Position numbers and translations under genes: made by a program. From assembly GCA_028710615.1 (NCBI GenBank), contig JAQTTT010000001.1:1-36723 (forward strand): a DNA stretch of 36,723 nt. Direction: 5' to 3'. Shown one piece after another: positions 1 through 9,524 of the stretch (within the stretch, counting starts at the first letter, position 1; each line of letters starts with the position of its first letter). The notes beneath the pieces were generated by a model, which saw only the letters and a program-made list of their open reading frames with translations, was not told the DNA's origin and searched no databases. This DNA is from Candidatus Nanoarchaeia archaeon. Its GTDB lineage: Archaea; Nanobdellota; Nanobdellia; Tiddalikarchaeales; Tiddalikarchaeaceae.

Positions 1-532
1 TCCAATGGTCAATTATTATGTGGGTTGCATAGATTTTTGTGCCATACTCATCATATTTTAATTCTATCTCTATAAAAGCAATAGGGTCATTCATGTAATC
101 CGGAGCCCATTCTCCTGCATAATTAATTGCATAGTTCCTGATATCAAGCCTGTAATCCGTTCCCCCGTATAATTCATTTTCATATTCATAAGCGTCCATT
201 GACAAGCCTTCAGCTTCAAAATATGCCTCATAAAATAAGTAGACTTCTTCAACACTATCAAGGGTTACATATGTATTGTAAAAGCTTTCCCCCACAATTT
301 CATCATTGTAATAAATATCCGCCTCTTGGTAATGGGCTAATTTTGAGTCCGGATATTCTGGTATTTGCTCAGGAATCGGGTTTGGAGAAACTATTTCTTC
401 AAGCTCTAAAATCATGAGCTCCCAATGCTCAGAAGGCATATCTTCAGGATTTTGAGTTGATTGATTGCTGGGAGAAGAGCATCCTAAAACAAGAATCAAA
501 AAAAATAATGCAAAGCACTGCCTTAAATTCAT
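1..532 (-). CDS. Hypothetical secreted protein or putative lipoprotein; partial, C-terminus runs off the window
   Basis: Hand translation of the minus strand from ATG (530-532) is open down to position 2. It is absent from the ORF track because there is no stop in the window. The N-terminus MNLRQCFALFFLILVLGCSSPSNQ is a signal peptide with a lipobox-like LGC. The mature part is acidic and Tyr/Glu-rich. The + ORF 199-417 is its antisense shadow. Confidence 0.5.
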   Translation of the reverse strand, partial: MNLRQCFALFFLILVLGCSSPSNQSTQNPEDMPSEHWELMILELEEIVSPNPIPEQIPEYPDSKLAHYQEADIYYNDEIVGESFYNTYVTLDSVEEVYLFYEAYFEAEGLSMDAYEYENELYGGTDYRLDIRNYAINYAGEWAPDYMNDPIAFIEIELKYDEYGTKIYATHIIIDHW

Positions 533-646
533 AATAATTTAAAACATTTAATATTTTAAAAAAATTTGTTTATTGCTGTTTTTTTTGAAATGCTGAGTTA
601 AATAAACCAAAAAAGCTGATTAAGAGTGGAGGGGGTATAAAATATT

Positions 647-719
647 TAGCCCTGCCAGGATTCGAACCTGGGTTGGCTGGTTCAAAGCCAGCTGTCCTTG
701 ACCGCTAGACTACAGGGCT
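647..719 (-). tRNA. tRNA-Gln (anticodon UUG), no intron, no encoded CCA
   Basis: The reverse complement folds by hand into a cloverleaf. Acceptor stem AGCCCTG/CAGGGCT with discriminator A. D arm GTCT..GGAC. Anticodon stem GCTGG/CCAGC with loop CTTTGAA. T arm CCAGG-TTCGAAT-CCTGG. Total 73 nt. Confidence 0.85.
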
Positions 720-763
720 GAAATTAATAAATATTAAAGAAAAGAGTTTGATTTAAAAACTTT

Positions 764-1867
764 TTATTTTCTTACTTTGTTTTTCAGTAAAGTGTTGGCT
801 TTGTCAATGCATTCCATTAATGTCAATATTATGTCATAATCCGTTTTTTGGATGAGCAAATCATTTTTTCCTTCCCGCACTATTGTAAGCCTCACATCAA
901 CTTTTCCCAAATTCTTGTCGTCATGAACTCTTTTGACAAAAACTTTTATACCTTTTATTGAAGATTCAAAAGAAGGCAAAAGCTTTAACTGGGTTTTTAT
1001 CAATCTTTTAATTTCAGATATTGCTTTGTCATGGACTTGCCCCACGATTTCAATTTTTATTTCGCTGTCAGTGTTGATTTCCCTTAATAATTTCAGGATG
1101 CTGCACCTGTCAACTGCCCCAACTGGTTCATTGCTGGAATTGACAATTATTAATCCAAGCAATTGGTTTTTTAGCATTGTTTCAGCTGTGTCATAAAGGT
1201 TGGAGTCATAAGTTATTTTCACTCCCCGCCTAATCATGTCAATTATTGGAGTGTTTAGCACATTGCTTTTCTCGCTAATAATATTTTTCTTTGATTTGCT
1301 TGAATCGCTTTTATGTATCCTTCTCAATATGTCTATGAAAAGTATTGTTCCCACAAATTCGCCTTTTTTATTTATCACTGGAAGCCTGTCCCTTTTATTG
1401 AAAGTCAGCAAATTCTTGGCTTCGCTTAATGTTGCGTTCTCTTTAACTGAAGGAACTTTTTTAAGGTTGGCTTCAGTTAATGCGTATTGTTTAAGCCCTT
1501 CTTTATAATGGTTAAGCAAATCATAATCGCTTACAAAACCAACCAATACTTCATTTTTGTCAACTATTGGCAATCCCATCAGCCCTGAATCAATCATTAG
1601 GCTGAGAACATATTGTTTTGAGTCTGTTTCATGGATTATTGGCACTCCTTCAATGAAATTAATTACTTTTGCGTTGCCGTTGAATTTTACAACCTCAAGT
1701 ATGTTTGAGTACGTCACTACTCCGAGCAATTTATTCTTTCCATCAATAACCGGCAATTCTTTGTAATTATGCGCATCCATTAAATTAAGCGCAGTGTTAA
1801 TCGTGTCATCAGGCGTTAAAGTTGCTAATTTAGTGGACATTATGGACTTAATCATAACATATACCAT
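764..1867 (-). CDS. CBS-domain protein (four CBS motifs, two Bateman modules) with an HPF/RaiA-like C-terminal domain of about 100 aa
   Basis: Four repeats show the CBS pattern, for example LPVIDGKNKLLGVVT, LPIVDKNEVLVGFVS, LPVINKKGEFVGTI and LIIVNSSNEPVGAVD. For the C-terminal part see the finding at 767-1066. Confidence 0.8.
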   Translation of the reverse strand: MVYVMIKSIMSTKLATLTPDDTINTALNLMDAHNYKELPVIDGKNKLLGVVTYSNILEVVKFNGNAKVINFIEGVPIIHETDSKQYVLSLMIDSGLMGLPIVDKNEVLVGFVSDYDLLNHYKEGLKQYALTEANLKKVPSVKENATLSEAKNLLTFNKRDRLPVINKKGEFVGTILFIDILRRIHKSDSSKSKKNIISEKSNVLNTPIIDMIRRGVKITYDSNLYDTAETMLKNQLLGLIIVNSSNEPVGAVDRCSILKLLREINTDSEIKIEIVGQVHDKAISEIKRLIKTQLKLLPSFESSIKGIKVFVKRVHDDKNLGKVDVRLTIVREGKNDLLIQKTDYDIILTLMECIDKANTLLKNKVRK

Positions 1868-1897
1868 AAACCATTATTTTATAACTTTTTTGATGGT

Positions 1898-3412
1898 TTA
1901 TGCGCTGATTCTTTTAGCCATGTAAAAATTTTTAAGAAAATATCCTTGCTTTTCATAATATTTTCTCACTCCCACTCCGCTGATTACAAGCACTTCTTTT
2001 ACTGAATTTTTTTTTGCAATTTCTTCAGCGCGCCTTAAAAGCTCTTTTCCTATGCCTTTGTGCTGAACGCTGCCCTCATTGCCTATGATTGCCTGCTCGC
2101 CGTAAACGTGCAATTCCCTTATGAATAATTTTTTGCCTTCAATTCTTGCCCTTATGAACCCGAATAAGAAATTATTGCTGTCAATTGCCTGGATGAAATA
2201 TTCTTCAGAGCCGCTTGCAACATATTTAAGGGTTTTATATCTGAGATTATTAATGTTGCCTTTGTTTCTTCCTGCTTCCCTGCACCTAATGCATTTGCAG
2301 CTCCAAGATTTTTCTTTCATGAATTCTTTCACTATTTGCCTTAAATTGCTGTTCTTTAAATCCTGCTCTATTTTTTGGCTTGGAATATCCCTTTGAATCC
2401 TCATAACCCTGACATATTCAGGGATTATTCTTTTCATTCTTGCTATTAATTCAATTGTTTTTTCTTTTGAATACGGCTTCCATTGCTTTTTTTCAAACAT
2501 TTCATAAAGCTTGGTTTCCTTTATTAAAAGCGTGGGATAAATCTTTATCATGTCAGGCTTGAAATCTTCATTGCTGAATATTTTTTTGAATGATTCATAG
2601 TCTTTTTTTGGAGTGCTTAAAGGCATGTTTGTCATTAAATGATAATTGATTTTAAATCCCGCATTTTTCAAAAGCCGGGTTGCTCTTATTATATCCTTAG
2701 AATTGTGCCCCCTTTTGCTTGCCTTTAAAACATTATCATGAATGCTTTGAACTCCGAGCTCAACTCTTGTTGCTCCAAGCTCAAGCATTTTTTCAATGGA
2801 TTTATTGCTTATCTGGTCAGGCCGGGTTTCAATAGTTATTCCAATGCATCTGTATTTCGCGGTTTCATTGATTTTTTGCATTTGCTTTAATGAGCCGTCT
2901 TTTGAATCATTAAGAGCTCTGAAGCATTCTTTTATGAAGTTTTTTTGGTATTTCCAAAGCCTGTTCGTGAATGTTCCTCCCATGACTATTAATTCAACTT
3001 TGCTTGGAATTTGGCCTATTGCCAAATACTGGGAAATCCTGTTTTTTACCTGCAAATAAGGATTGTAATTATTGCTTATTGCCCTTAATGCTGCAGGCTC
3101 AAGCCCTGTATAGCTTTGCGGAGTGCTGTGCTCAACCCCTCCTGGGCAGAAAACGCATTTTCCATGCGGGCACTTAGCAGGGCTTGTCATTACTGCTATC
3201 ACGCTCACTCCGCTTAATTTCCTGCTGGGCTTTCTTTTAAAAATGCTTAGCTTGCTTTTAAGGTATAAATCTGAATCCTTCATTATTATTGAAATTTTGT
3301 GCTTTTTCATTATTTTTCTTTTAATCTTTAACGCTTCTTCTTTTGTTTTCGCGTCTTTTGAAAGATTTATTATTTCTTTGATTGCTTTTTCGGAAACTTT
3401 ATTAGTGCTCAT
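1898..3412 (-). CDS. elp3: Elp3-type tRNA uridine(34) modification enzyme (radical SAM plus GNAT acetyltransferase)
   Basis: Radical-SAM Cys cluster region CPHGKCVFCPGG. TIM-barrel region with ELGVQS. C-terminal GNAT segment HKGIGKELLRRAEEIA. The 504-aa length is typical of archaeal Elp3. Confidence 0.93.
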   Translation of the reverse strand: MSTNKVSEKAIKEIINLSKDAKTKEEALKIKRKIMKKHKISIIMKDSDLYLKSKLSIFKRKPSRKLSGVSVIAVMTSPAKCPHGKCVFCPGGVEHSTPQSYTGLEPAALRAISNNYNPYLQVKNRISQYLAIGQIPSKVELIVMGGTFTNRLWKYQKNFIKECFRALNDSKDGSLKQMQKINETAKYRCIGITIETRPDQISNKSIEKMLELGATRVELGVQSIHDNVLKASKRGHNSKDIIRATRLLKNAGFKINYHLMTNMPLSTPKKDYESFKKIFSNEDFKPDMIKIYPTLLIKETKLYEMFEKKQWKPYSKEKTIELIARMKRIIPEYVRVMRIQRDIPSQKIEQDLKNSNLRQIVKEFMKEKSWSCKCIRCREAGRNKGNINNLRYKTLKYVASGSEEYFIQAIDSNNFLFGFIRARIEGKKLFIRELHVYGEQAIIGNEGSVQHKGIGKELLRRAEEIAKKNSVKEVLVISGVGVRKYYEKQGYFLKNFYMAKRISA

Positions 3413-3429
3413 TAAGTCATTAATTAATT

Positions 3430-3948
3430 ATGCCTGATTTATTAGCTTTGCCTGCAGAGAACATTAAAGTGATTGCTGACATTAATTCAAGGGCTTTGGC
3501 TTACTTGATTGATGTATTGTTTTTTTTCTTCATGATACTCATGCCTTTCAGCTCAGTTTATTACGAGTTTGCTGGATTGAAGATTGAAAATTTGACTTTA
3601 GAAGAATCAATGGAGAATCCGCAGATTTTCAGCCTTTTAATGATTGGTTACTCCTCATGCCTGTTAATTTTTTTTTTCTATTTTGCATGTTTTGAGTATT
3701 TATTGAACGGCAGTTTGGGCAAAAAAATGCTTGGATTGTCAGTTGCAAGCAAAGGGAAAAAAAGGGGCTTAAGCCAGTTCATTGTCAGGAATCTTTCAAA
3801 AACGATTTTTTTTAATTTCTTGGCTTTTGACTGCTTTTTAATGCTTTTTGATGCCCAGAAAAGAAGGGTTAGCGATTTCATTTCAAACACTTTGGTTGTG
3901 AGGAATAGGAAAATTATAAAAAAGTTCAGGGCGATTAATGAGTTATGA
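3430..3948 (+). CDS. RDD-family integral membrane protein
   Basis: The N-terminal RALAYLIDVLFFFF motif is RDD-like. Three hydrophobic helices are present. The 4-nt ATGA overlap with the next gene suggests translational coupling. Confidence 0.55.
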   Translation: MPDLLALPAENIKVIADINSRALAYLIDVLFFFFMILMPFSSVYYEFAGLKIENLTLEESMENPQIFSLLMIGYSSCLLIFFFYFACFEYLLNGSLGKKMLGLSVASKGKKRGLSQFIVRNLSKTIFFNFLAFDCFLMLFDAQKRRVSDFISNTLVVRNRKIIKKFRAINEL

Positions 3949-4787
3949 ATGAATTGATTAAGGTTTTTTATTTGTTTGGATTGGTTTTTTTGCTTATTCT
4001 TTTAAGCTCTTATGTTCTTTCAGGCATTTACGGGATTAATGAAGGAAATGTTGCGCTTATAATGATTCATTCAGAAATTGGAATAAGCAGCTCTTTTTTG
4101 GGAGGGGGAATGAGCAGTGATTCAATAATTGAGTCTTTGAAGATTGCTGAGAATAATCCAAATGTTGAAGCAGTTATATTGTCTATTAACAGCCCGGGAG
4201 GCTCAGTTGTTGCTTGCAAAGAAGTTGCTGAATACATTTTGGGAATGGATAAGCCTGTTGTTGCCTGGATAAGGGATTTGGGCACTAGCGGAGCTTACCT
4301 TATTTCAAGTGCAAGCAATTACATTGTAAGCGATGAATTATCTCTTATTGGAAATATTGGCTCTAAAATCAGCTTTTTAAGCTTTAATGGAACCCTTGAA
4401 AAATACGGCGCAAAGTTCAACGAAGTTTCAAGCGGCTCATTAAAAGAGATGGGCTCTCCTTACAAAGATTTAAGCAATGAGGAATACTTGATTCTTTCCG
4501 GATTAGTCAATGACTCTTTTGAATATTTCATAAATTTTATTTCCAATAACAGGAATTTAAGCAATGAATCAATAATCCTTGTCAGCGATGGCAGGATTAT
4601 TTCAGGAAAGCAGGGATTTGATATTGGGTTGGTTGATGCTCTTGGCTCAAGAAATGAGGTTATTGATTATATTGAATCAATCAACATTACTGATGTAATT
4701 GTTTATGAGATTAATGTTAAATCCGGATTGGATTTTTTGAGCTTTTTTGATTTTAATTCTAATTTAGCTTTTCCCACATATGATTAA
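3945..4787 (+). CDS. sppA: Signal peptide peptidase SppA (S49 family, 36K type)
   Basis: N-terminal TM anchor. The motifs INSPGGSVVA and GTSGAYLISSASNYIV match the S49 catalytic-region pattern. Confidence 0.85.
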   Translation: MNELIKVFYLFGLVFLLILLSSYVLSGIYGINEGNVALIMIHSEIGISSSFLGGGMSSDSIIESLKIAENNPNVEAVILSINSPGGSVVACKEVAEYILGMDKPVVAWIRDLGTSGAYLISSASNYIVSDELSLIGNIGSKISFLSFNGTLEKYGAKFNEVSSGSLKEMGSPYKDLSNEEYLILSGLVNDSFEYFINFISNNRNLSNESIILVSDGRIISGKQGFDIGLVDALGSRNEVIDYIESINITDVIVYEINVKSGLDFLSFFDFNSNLAFPTYD

Positions 4788-5535
4788 ACATTGCATTCAT
4801 GTTTTTTGCGAATGGAGCGCTTTTAACCCATAATCCAACATCATGTTTTGGATGAATCTCTGAATCATTTGTTAAAAAGAATAAAATGTTTGAGCTGTCA
4901 ATTATCAAGAATCTTGAAAAATCGCTTTCAAAATTTTTAATTCCTTCAATATCCGCATTAAGGAATTTTAAATCAGTTTTGGGCGCAAGCATTTTAACTT
5001 CAACCCCTCTTTTTTGGGCTTTTATTAATTCAGTTTTGAATTGGCTTAAGTTATTCATGTCATTAAGGCTTGCGCTGAAAACTATTGAAGTGCCTGAATC
5101 CTTTATCATATTATTCATGTGATTGTAAATATTGTTTTTTCCTTTTACCACTCCGCTTAAATCTGCGGGCTCAACCATTTTTATGCCTTTTTTGTACAAT
5201 TGGCTTAATTCATTGAAGGATTCTGATTTTTTGAATTCTTCAAGCTTTATCATTTGGTTTTTTGAATTTTCTTCTGCCTTTTTTTTAAGATTTTCAATTA
5301 TGTCTTCAGGCTTTACTGCCAAATATTTTATTGGCTTTGACATTTTAAGAAGTATAAATCCTTTTTTTTCAAGGGATTCCATTACATCATACGCCCTGCT
5401 TCTTGGAACATTTGATTCAGCGCTGATTTCTCCTGCGCTGCTAACTCCTTTAGCAAGCAAAGAAAGCCATATTTTAACCTCATACTGGTTAAGTTCAAAC
5501 TTGCTTTTTATGTCTTCAACAAAATCTTCATCCAT
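4759..5535 (-). CDS. TrmB-family transcriptional regulator
   Basis: N-terminal winged HTH: LNQYEVKIWLSLLAKGVSSAGEISAESNVPRSRAYDVMESLEKKGFI. It is followed by a coiled coil and a C-terminal effector-like domain. The 3' ends converge on and overlap sppA by 29 nt. Confidence 0.75.
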   Translation of the reverse strand: MDEDFVEDIKSKFELNQYEVKIWLSLLAKGVSSAGEISAESNVPRSRAYDVMESLEKKGFILLKMSKPIKYLAVKPEDIIENLKKKAEENSKNQMIKLEEFKKSESFNELSQLYKKGIKMVEPADLSGVVKGKNNIYNHMNNMIKDSGTSIVFSASLNDMNNLSQFKTELIKAQKRGVEVKMLAPKTDLKFLNADIEGIKNFESDFSRFLIIDSSNILFFLTNDSEIHPKHDVGLWVKSAPFAKNMNAMFNHMWEKLN

Positions 5536-5587
5536 TGCAAAAAATCACTACTTTATAATGGCAAAAATCTCTTTAAAAATCTTTTTA

Positions 5588-5980
5588 TTATTTTACTTTG
5601 CAATACTTTGTAGAATCAAAAATAACGCAAGCTGGAGCTTCTCTTTCAATAGTATTTCCTTTTGAATCTTTTGTAATTAAGTATCCCATTATTGTTTCTT
5701 CTGGAATATAAACTATTTTTTTCTTTGTTTTTAAATGCAATAAATAAACTAAAATATTTGATTTTATAATTTTTTGAGGAATATAAACTATTTTTTTATT
5801 TGCGTTTAAGCGGGCATATCCGCAAAAATATTTTTGATTTCCAAGTTCATGCAATTCAAGTTCAAAAGATTCGATTATTTCATCAATTGTTAGGGGTGTT
5901 TTAATTGCGTTAAGAATCATTTTTTCTGCTTTTTTGCTGTTTTTCTTAAAAAAAAGCGTTGCAATTTGATATGGATTCAT
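5588..5980 (-). CDS. Hypothetical small protein, possible N-terminal winged-helix
   Basis: ATG-started 130-aa ORF. MILNAIKTPLTIDEIIESFE resembles a wHTH recognition segment. It carries an internal duplicated heptapeptide KKIVYIP. Confidence 0.4.
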   Translation of the reverse strand: MNPYQIATLFFKKNSKKAEKMILNAIKTPLTIDEIIESFELELHELGNQKYFCGYARLNANKKIVYIPQKIIKSNILVYLLHLKTKKKIVYIPEETIMGYLITKDSKGNTIEREAPACVIFDSTKYCKVK

Positions 5981-6028
5981 TGCAAAAAAAATATGTATTA
6001 TAAAATTAAATAGTTTTCGAGGATTGTT

Positions 6029-7678
6029 TCATCCTTTTAATTCTTTTATCATTTCCAAGTCGCTTGCTTCTTTTGGCGTTTTGTCATGCCTTATCCTTAA
6101 AAGCCTTGGAAATCTAAGGGCGTATCCGCTTTTGTATGTCGGGCTTTTTTGAATCTCTTCATACTCAACTTCAACAACTATCTTTGGTTTTAGAATAACT
6201 TTATCGCTTTCTTCTTTGATGATTGCTTTTTTCACTAATTCATTCATTTCTTTTAATTGCTCATCGCTGAATCCTGTTCCTAATTTGCCTATTGTCAAAA
6301 ATTCTTCATTATCAAGATTAATGCATGATAAAGTGTAGCTTCCAAACCAGTCTTTTCTTCTTCCTTTTCCGAAAAAAGCTTCAGTAATGACTAAATCCAA
6401 TTCTTTCATATGGGTTTTCAGCTTAACTCCATAGCCCACTCTTGAGCCTGCTTTGTAATTCGCAATAAGGCTTTTGAACATGACTCCTTCCTGCTCTTTT
6501 ATCCCTTCATTGAATAATTTTTCCGCGTCTGATTCATTGCTTGTTGTTATGCCTTTTGCAAGCATTACTGCTTCGTTTTCATTTATTGATTTTTTCAATG
6601 CTTCATGCCTGTCAATGAATTTTTCGTTCAAATATTCTTTTGATTCAAGAAGCAATAAATCAAAGCAGAAAAGCTTTACTGGAATTTCTTTGGCTGATTT
6701 TTCTATGTCATATTTTCTTTTTATCCTTTTGCTTAAATACTGGAAAGGCAGCGGCTTATTCATGCCTGGGCTGAATCCTACGATTTCGCATTCAAAAATT
6801 ATTTTTGTTGCATTAACTGATTTTTTTATTGCGCTTACCGCGTCAGGGAATTGCGCAGTAATGCTGTCAAGGTTTCTTGTGAAAATCATGATTTTTTCTC
6901 CGTCTTTATGAACCTGCGCCCTTAATCCATCATATTTTATTTCAATTCTTGCAGGCTTTCCAACCCTTTCAAAAGCTTTGCCAATGCTGTCTGCTTTTAA
7001 AAAAAGCATCATGTTTATTGGATTAAAAATGCTTATTTTTGGATTCTTGATTAATTCAGGATTCTCGCACAAATTTTTTGCAACCTTTGAGTAATCCGCG
7101 CACAAATTATACGCTGTTTCAATATTGCTTGGCTCTGCATTAAAGGATTTTGCCAATGCATCCCTTACAACTCCCTGCCCAACCCCTGTTCTCATGCTTC
7201 CAATAAGTATTCTTGTTAAATACATTGCTCCTAGCGGCGTTGTCATGGAAAGCAATTTGCTTACAAGCTTTAATTTTATTGCTGAGCTTCCTTTTCCTGA
7301 AGTGCCGGGAATTTTTTGCAAAACATTTTTTAATTCATTTATTGACAGCTCTTCATTTACAAGGGAAGACTGCTTTTTGCTTTTCATGAATTTCTTTGCT
7401 GTTTCCCCTATGTCTCCATAAATGTTCCATTGCTTTTTCACGGTTTCTTTTGTTGAACCGCTTGCAAGGGCTATTGCTTCAGCCATTAAATTGTTTGCAA
7501 TGCCCATTTCTTTTTCTGAATTGTGCGGGAATATTTTTCCCATGCACAATAACACTATGAATCCTAATTCATCGCAAGGAAGTTTTTTAAAAAAAGCGCT
7601 TAAAATATTCGCCATTTCAATCCTCTTTGACGTTTTTGATAATTCATCAAAAACGCGGACTAATTCATTGAATAGCAT
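6029..7678 (-). CDS. lig: ATP-dependent DNA ligase (archaeal Lig1 type)
   Basis: Adenylation motif I EIKYDGLRAQVH (KxDG). An OB-fold follows, with a C-terminal LRFPRLLRIRHDK motif VI. The track ORF begins at a TTG (7699). I prefer the ATG at 7678 (MLFNELVRVF...), which matches the usual ligase N-terminus. Confidence 0.93.
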   Translation of the reverse strand: MLFNELVRVFDELSKTSKRIEMANILSAFFKKLPCDELGFIVLLCMGKIFPHNSEKEMGIANNLMAEAIALASGSTKETVKKQWNIYGDIGETAKKFMKSKKQSSLVNEELSINELKNVLQKIPGTSGKGSSAIKLKLVSKLLSMTTPLGAMYLTRILIGSMRTGVGQGVVRDALAKSFNAEPSNIETAYNLCADYSKVAKNLCENPELIKNPKISIFNPINMMLFLKADSIGKAFERVGKPARIEIKYDGLRAQVHKDGEKIMIFTRNLDSITAQFPDAVSAIKKSVNATKIIFECEIVGFSPGMNKPLPFQYLSKRIKRKYDIEKSAKEIPVKLFCFDLLLLESKEYLNEKFIDRHEALKKSINENEAVMLAKGITTSNESDAEKLFNEGIKEQEGVMFKSLIANYKAGSRVGYGVKLKTHMKELDLVITEAFFGKGRRKDWFGSYTLSCINLDNEEFLTIGKLGTGFSDEQLKEMNELVKKAIIKEESDKVILKPKIVVEVEYEEIQKSPTYKSGYALRFPRLLRIRHDKTPKEASDLEMIKELKG

Positions 7679-7713
7679 AAATATTTTAAAACGCGGCAAC
7701 TAATTAAAACCTT

Positions 7714-8253
7714 ATGGATGTGCTTGAATTAATACGCAAAAGAAGAAGCGTGAGGGATTATTCTGATAAAAAAATTGAAAATGACAAGCTTTTTCGCATA
7801 TTGGAAGCTGGACGATGGAGCCCGAGCAGCGGGAATGTGCAGAATTGGAGATTCCTGGTTGTTTCTGACGAGAAAATTAAATCAAAAATAGCTGAAGCTT
7901 GCCTGGGGCAGTATTGGATAATGAATGCCCCCATAATCATAGTTGTTTTAAGCGATGACAGCAAATTAAGGATGCTTTTCGGCCAAAGGGGAGAAATGGA
8001 ATACTCTATACAAAATTGCAGCGTTGCAATGCAGAGCATGATGCTTGAAGCTGAAAGCCTGGGATTGTCAACAAGCTGGATTGGCGCTTATGATAATGAA
8101 AAAATCTTAAGGATTTTAAAGGTGAATGACCCTAATGTTTCTTTAAGGGGAGTCTTTTCTTTGGGTTATGCAAAAAGCATTCCTTCAGCTCCTGTGAGGC
8201 TTGAGCTTGATAAAATAGTTTATTTTAATTCATGGGGAAACAAGAAATTATGA
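7714..8253 (+). CDS. Nitroreductase-family FMN oxidoreductase
   Basis: RRSVRDYSDKKI...ILEAGRWSPSSGNVQNWRFLVV is the classic nitroreductase N-terminal signature. The 179-aa length fits. Confidence 0.85.
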   Translation: MDVLELIRKRRSVRDYSDKKIENDKLFRILEAGRWSPSSGNVQNWRFLVVSDEKIKSKIAEACLGQYWIMNAPIIIVVLSDDSKLRMLFGQRGEMEYSIQNCSVAMQSMMLEAESLGLSTSWIGAYDNEKILRILKVNDPNVSLRGVFSLGYAKSIPSAPVRLELDKIVYFNSWGNKKL

Positions 8254-8256
8254 TTT

Positions 8257-9048
8257 TTACTGCCTGAATATTTTTGCTGTTCCAAAAGAGTTTATTATTA
8301 TTATTTTTATCCTGTTCTCTGCTGAGGAGTAATCTTTGCTTAAAAGCCCGACATTATTCTCTATTGTTCCAAAAGAATTGCTTGATTCTATCATGTAATC
8401 CGCTTCCTTGTCTATGAAAATTATTATTTCTCCAAAAGAATTGATTACCCTCATTTCTTTGTCTCCAAAAACTCTTCCAGTTGTTGCAAAAGTTTTTCCA
8501 AAAGCATTTGTTATTTCTGCAGAATCAAAGAAAGCAGCATTAATTATTGTTGATTCTCCGAAAGCGTTTTCAAAATCAAGGGCGTTGCCGTAAAATTCTG
8601 TTAAATCATAGTAAGAATTTGAAAACTTGGTGGAAATTGAATAATTCTCTGAATAATCTGCTGATTGAATAAATGTTTCATTATCCAGTTCGTAATTAAC
8701 AACCGCTTTTTCAAGGATTATTGAAAAATTAAGTGATGCGAATTCTGAAAGCATTCCTGAATCTGATAGTTCAATTATTGGCTGGGCGCTGGAGGGAATC
8801 ATGAAAGATGAGAAATTAAAAATATTCATTATTATTGAAATAAACAATAATATTCCTAATATTGTTGATGCAAACTCCCCTAAGTCTCCAAGGTTAAAAG
8901 CTGTTTTTATTATGCTGAAAAGCCCTAAAAGTATTAGCATTAAAGGAAGAGCCAAAGGCTTTGAAAGTAGGGATAAGCTGATTACTCCGTAATTAAATCC
9001 CAGCAGAACTGCGCCGATTAATATTAAATAGTATCCTGTTTTAGTCAT
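8257..9048 (-). CDS. Membrane protein with a beta-rich C-terminal repeat domain, LiaF-C / toast-rack-like
   Basis: Three N-terminal TM helices. The C-terminal half carries five spaced N[AS]FG repeats: NAFGES, NAFGKT, NSFGEI, NSFGTI, NSFGTA. ATGA overlap with the upstream membrane gene. Confidence 0.55.
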   Translation of the reverse strand: MTKTGYYLILIGAVLLGFNYGVISLSLLSKPLALPLMLILLGLFSIIKTAFNLGDLGEFASTILGILLFISIIMNIFNFSSFMIPSSAQPIIELSDSGMLSEFASLNFSIILEKAVVNYELDNETFIQSADYSENYSISTKFSNSYYDLTEFYGNALDFENAFGESTIINAAFFDSAEITNAFGKTFATTGRVFGDKEMRVINSFGEIIIFIDKEADYMIESSNSFGTIENNVGLLSKDYSSAENRIKIIIINSFGTAKIFRQ

Positions 9049-9524
9049 TTTTTTGCACCATGATTTTTTATAATCAAATATGCTCCAAAAATGATTAATA
9101 TTATTGGAAAAGGGCTTATGCTTGTGTAATGATTTATGAATGATAAAGCGCTTATTGCCAAAAATATTGCTCCTAAAATCAATGCCAATGAATTTTCTTT
9201 TTTCTTTTCAGCGCTTAATGCAAAGAATGAAATAGATATGATTAATGTCCAAAAGTAAGGCAAGCTTCCAAGATTAAATAACAGTATTGCAGAGAAAAGT
9301 GTTAGCATGATTCCTAAAAATAGCATTCCAGAATTTTTTGAGGAAGCATATGAAGCAAGAAGTATTAATCCTGCTGCAAGCATAAAGTAATCAATGCTTA
9401 GATTAATAATGCTCAATGCGTCGAGCAAAAGCAATAATCCTATGAGAATTAATATTATTCCGGGGACAAAGCTTTTTTTCTTTAAGTCCTTCTTGCTTTT
9501 TATTATTTTTTTCTTTGACCCCAT
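9045..9524 (-). CDS. Polytopic membrane protein (about 5 TM), middle gene of the PspC cluster
   Basis: Highly hydrophobic ORF. I prefer the ATG at 9524 (MGSKKKIIKSKK...) because AGGTG lies about 12 nt upstream. The track start at 9575 would overlap the PspC gene by 73 nt. Confidence 0.5.
   Translation of the reverse strand: MGSKKKIIKSKKDLKKKSFVPGIILILIGLLLLLDALSIINLSIDYFMLAAGLILLASYASSKNSGMLFLGIMLTLFSAILLFNLGSLPYFWTLIISISFFALSAEKKKENSLALILGAIFLAISALSFINHYTSISPFPIILIIFGAYLIIKNHGAKK

Noticed and set aside
199-417. 72-aa + strand ORF near the window start
   Set aside because: It lies antisense within the partial signal-peptide-bearing ORF (1-532, minus), which is open across the whole region and has a convincing N-terminus.
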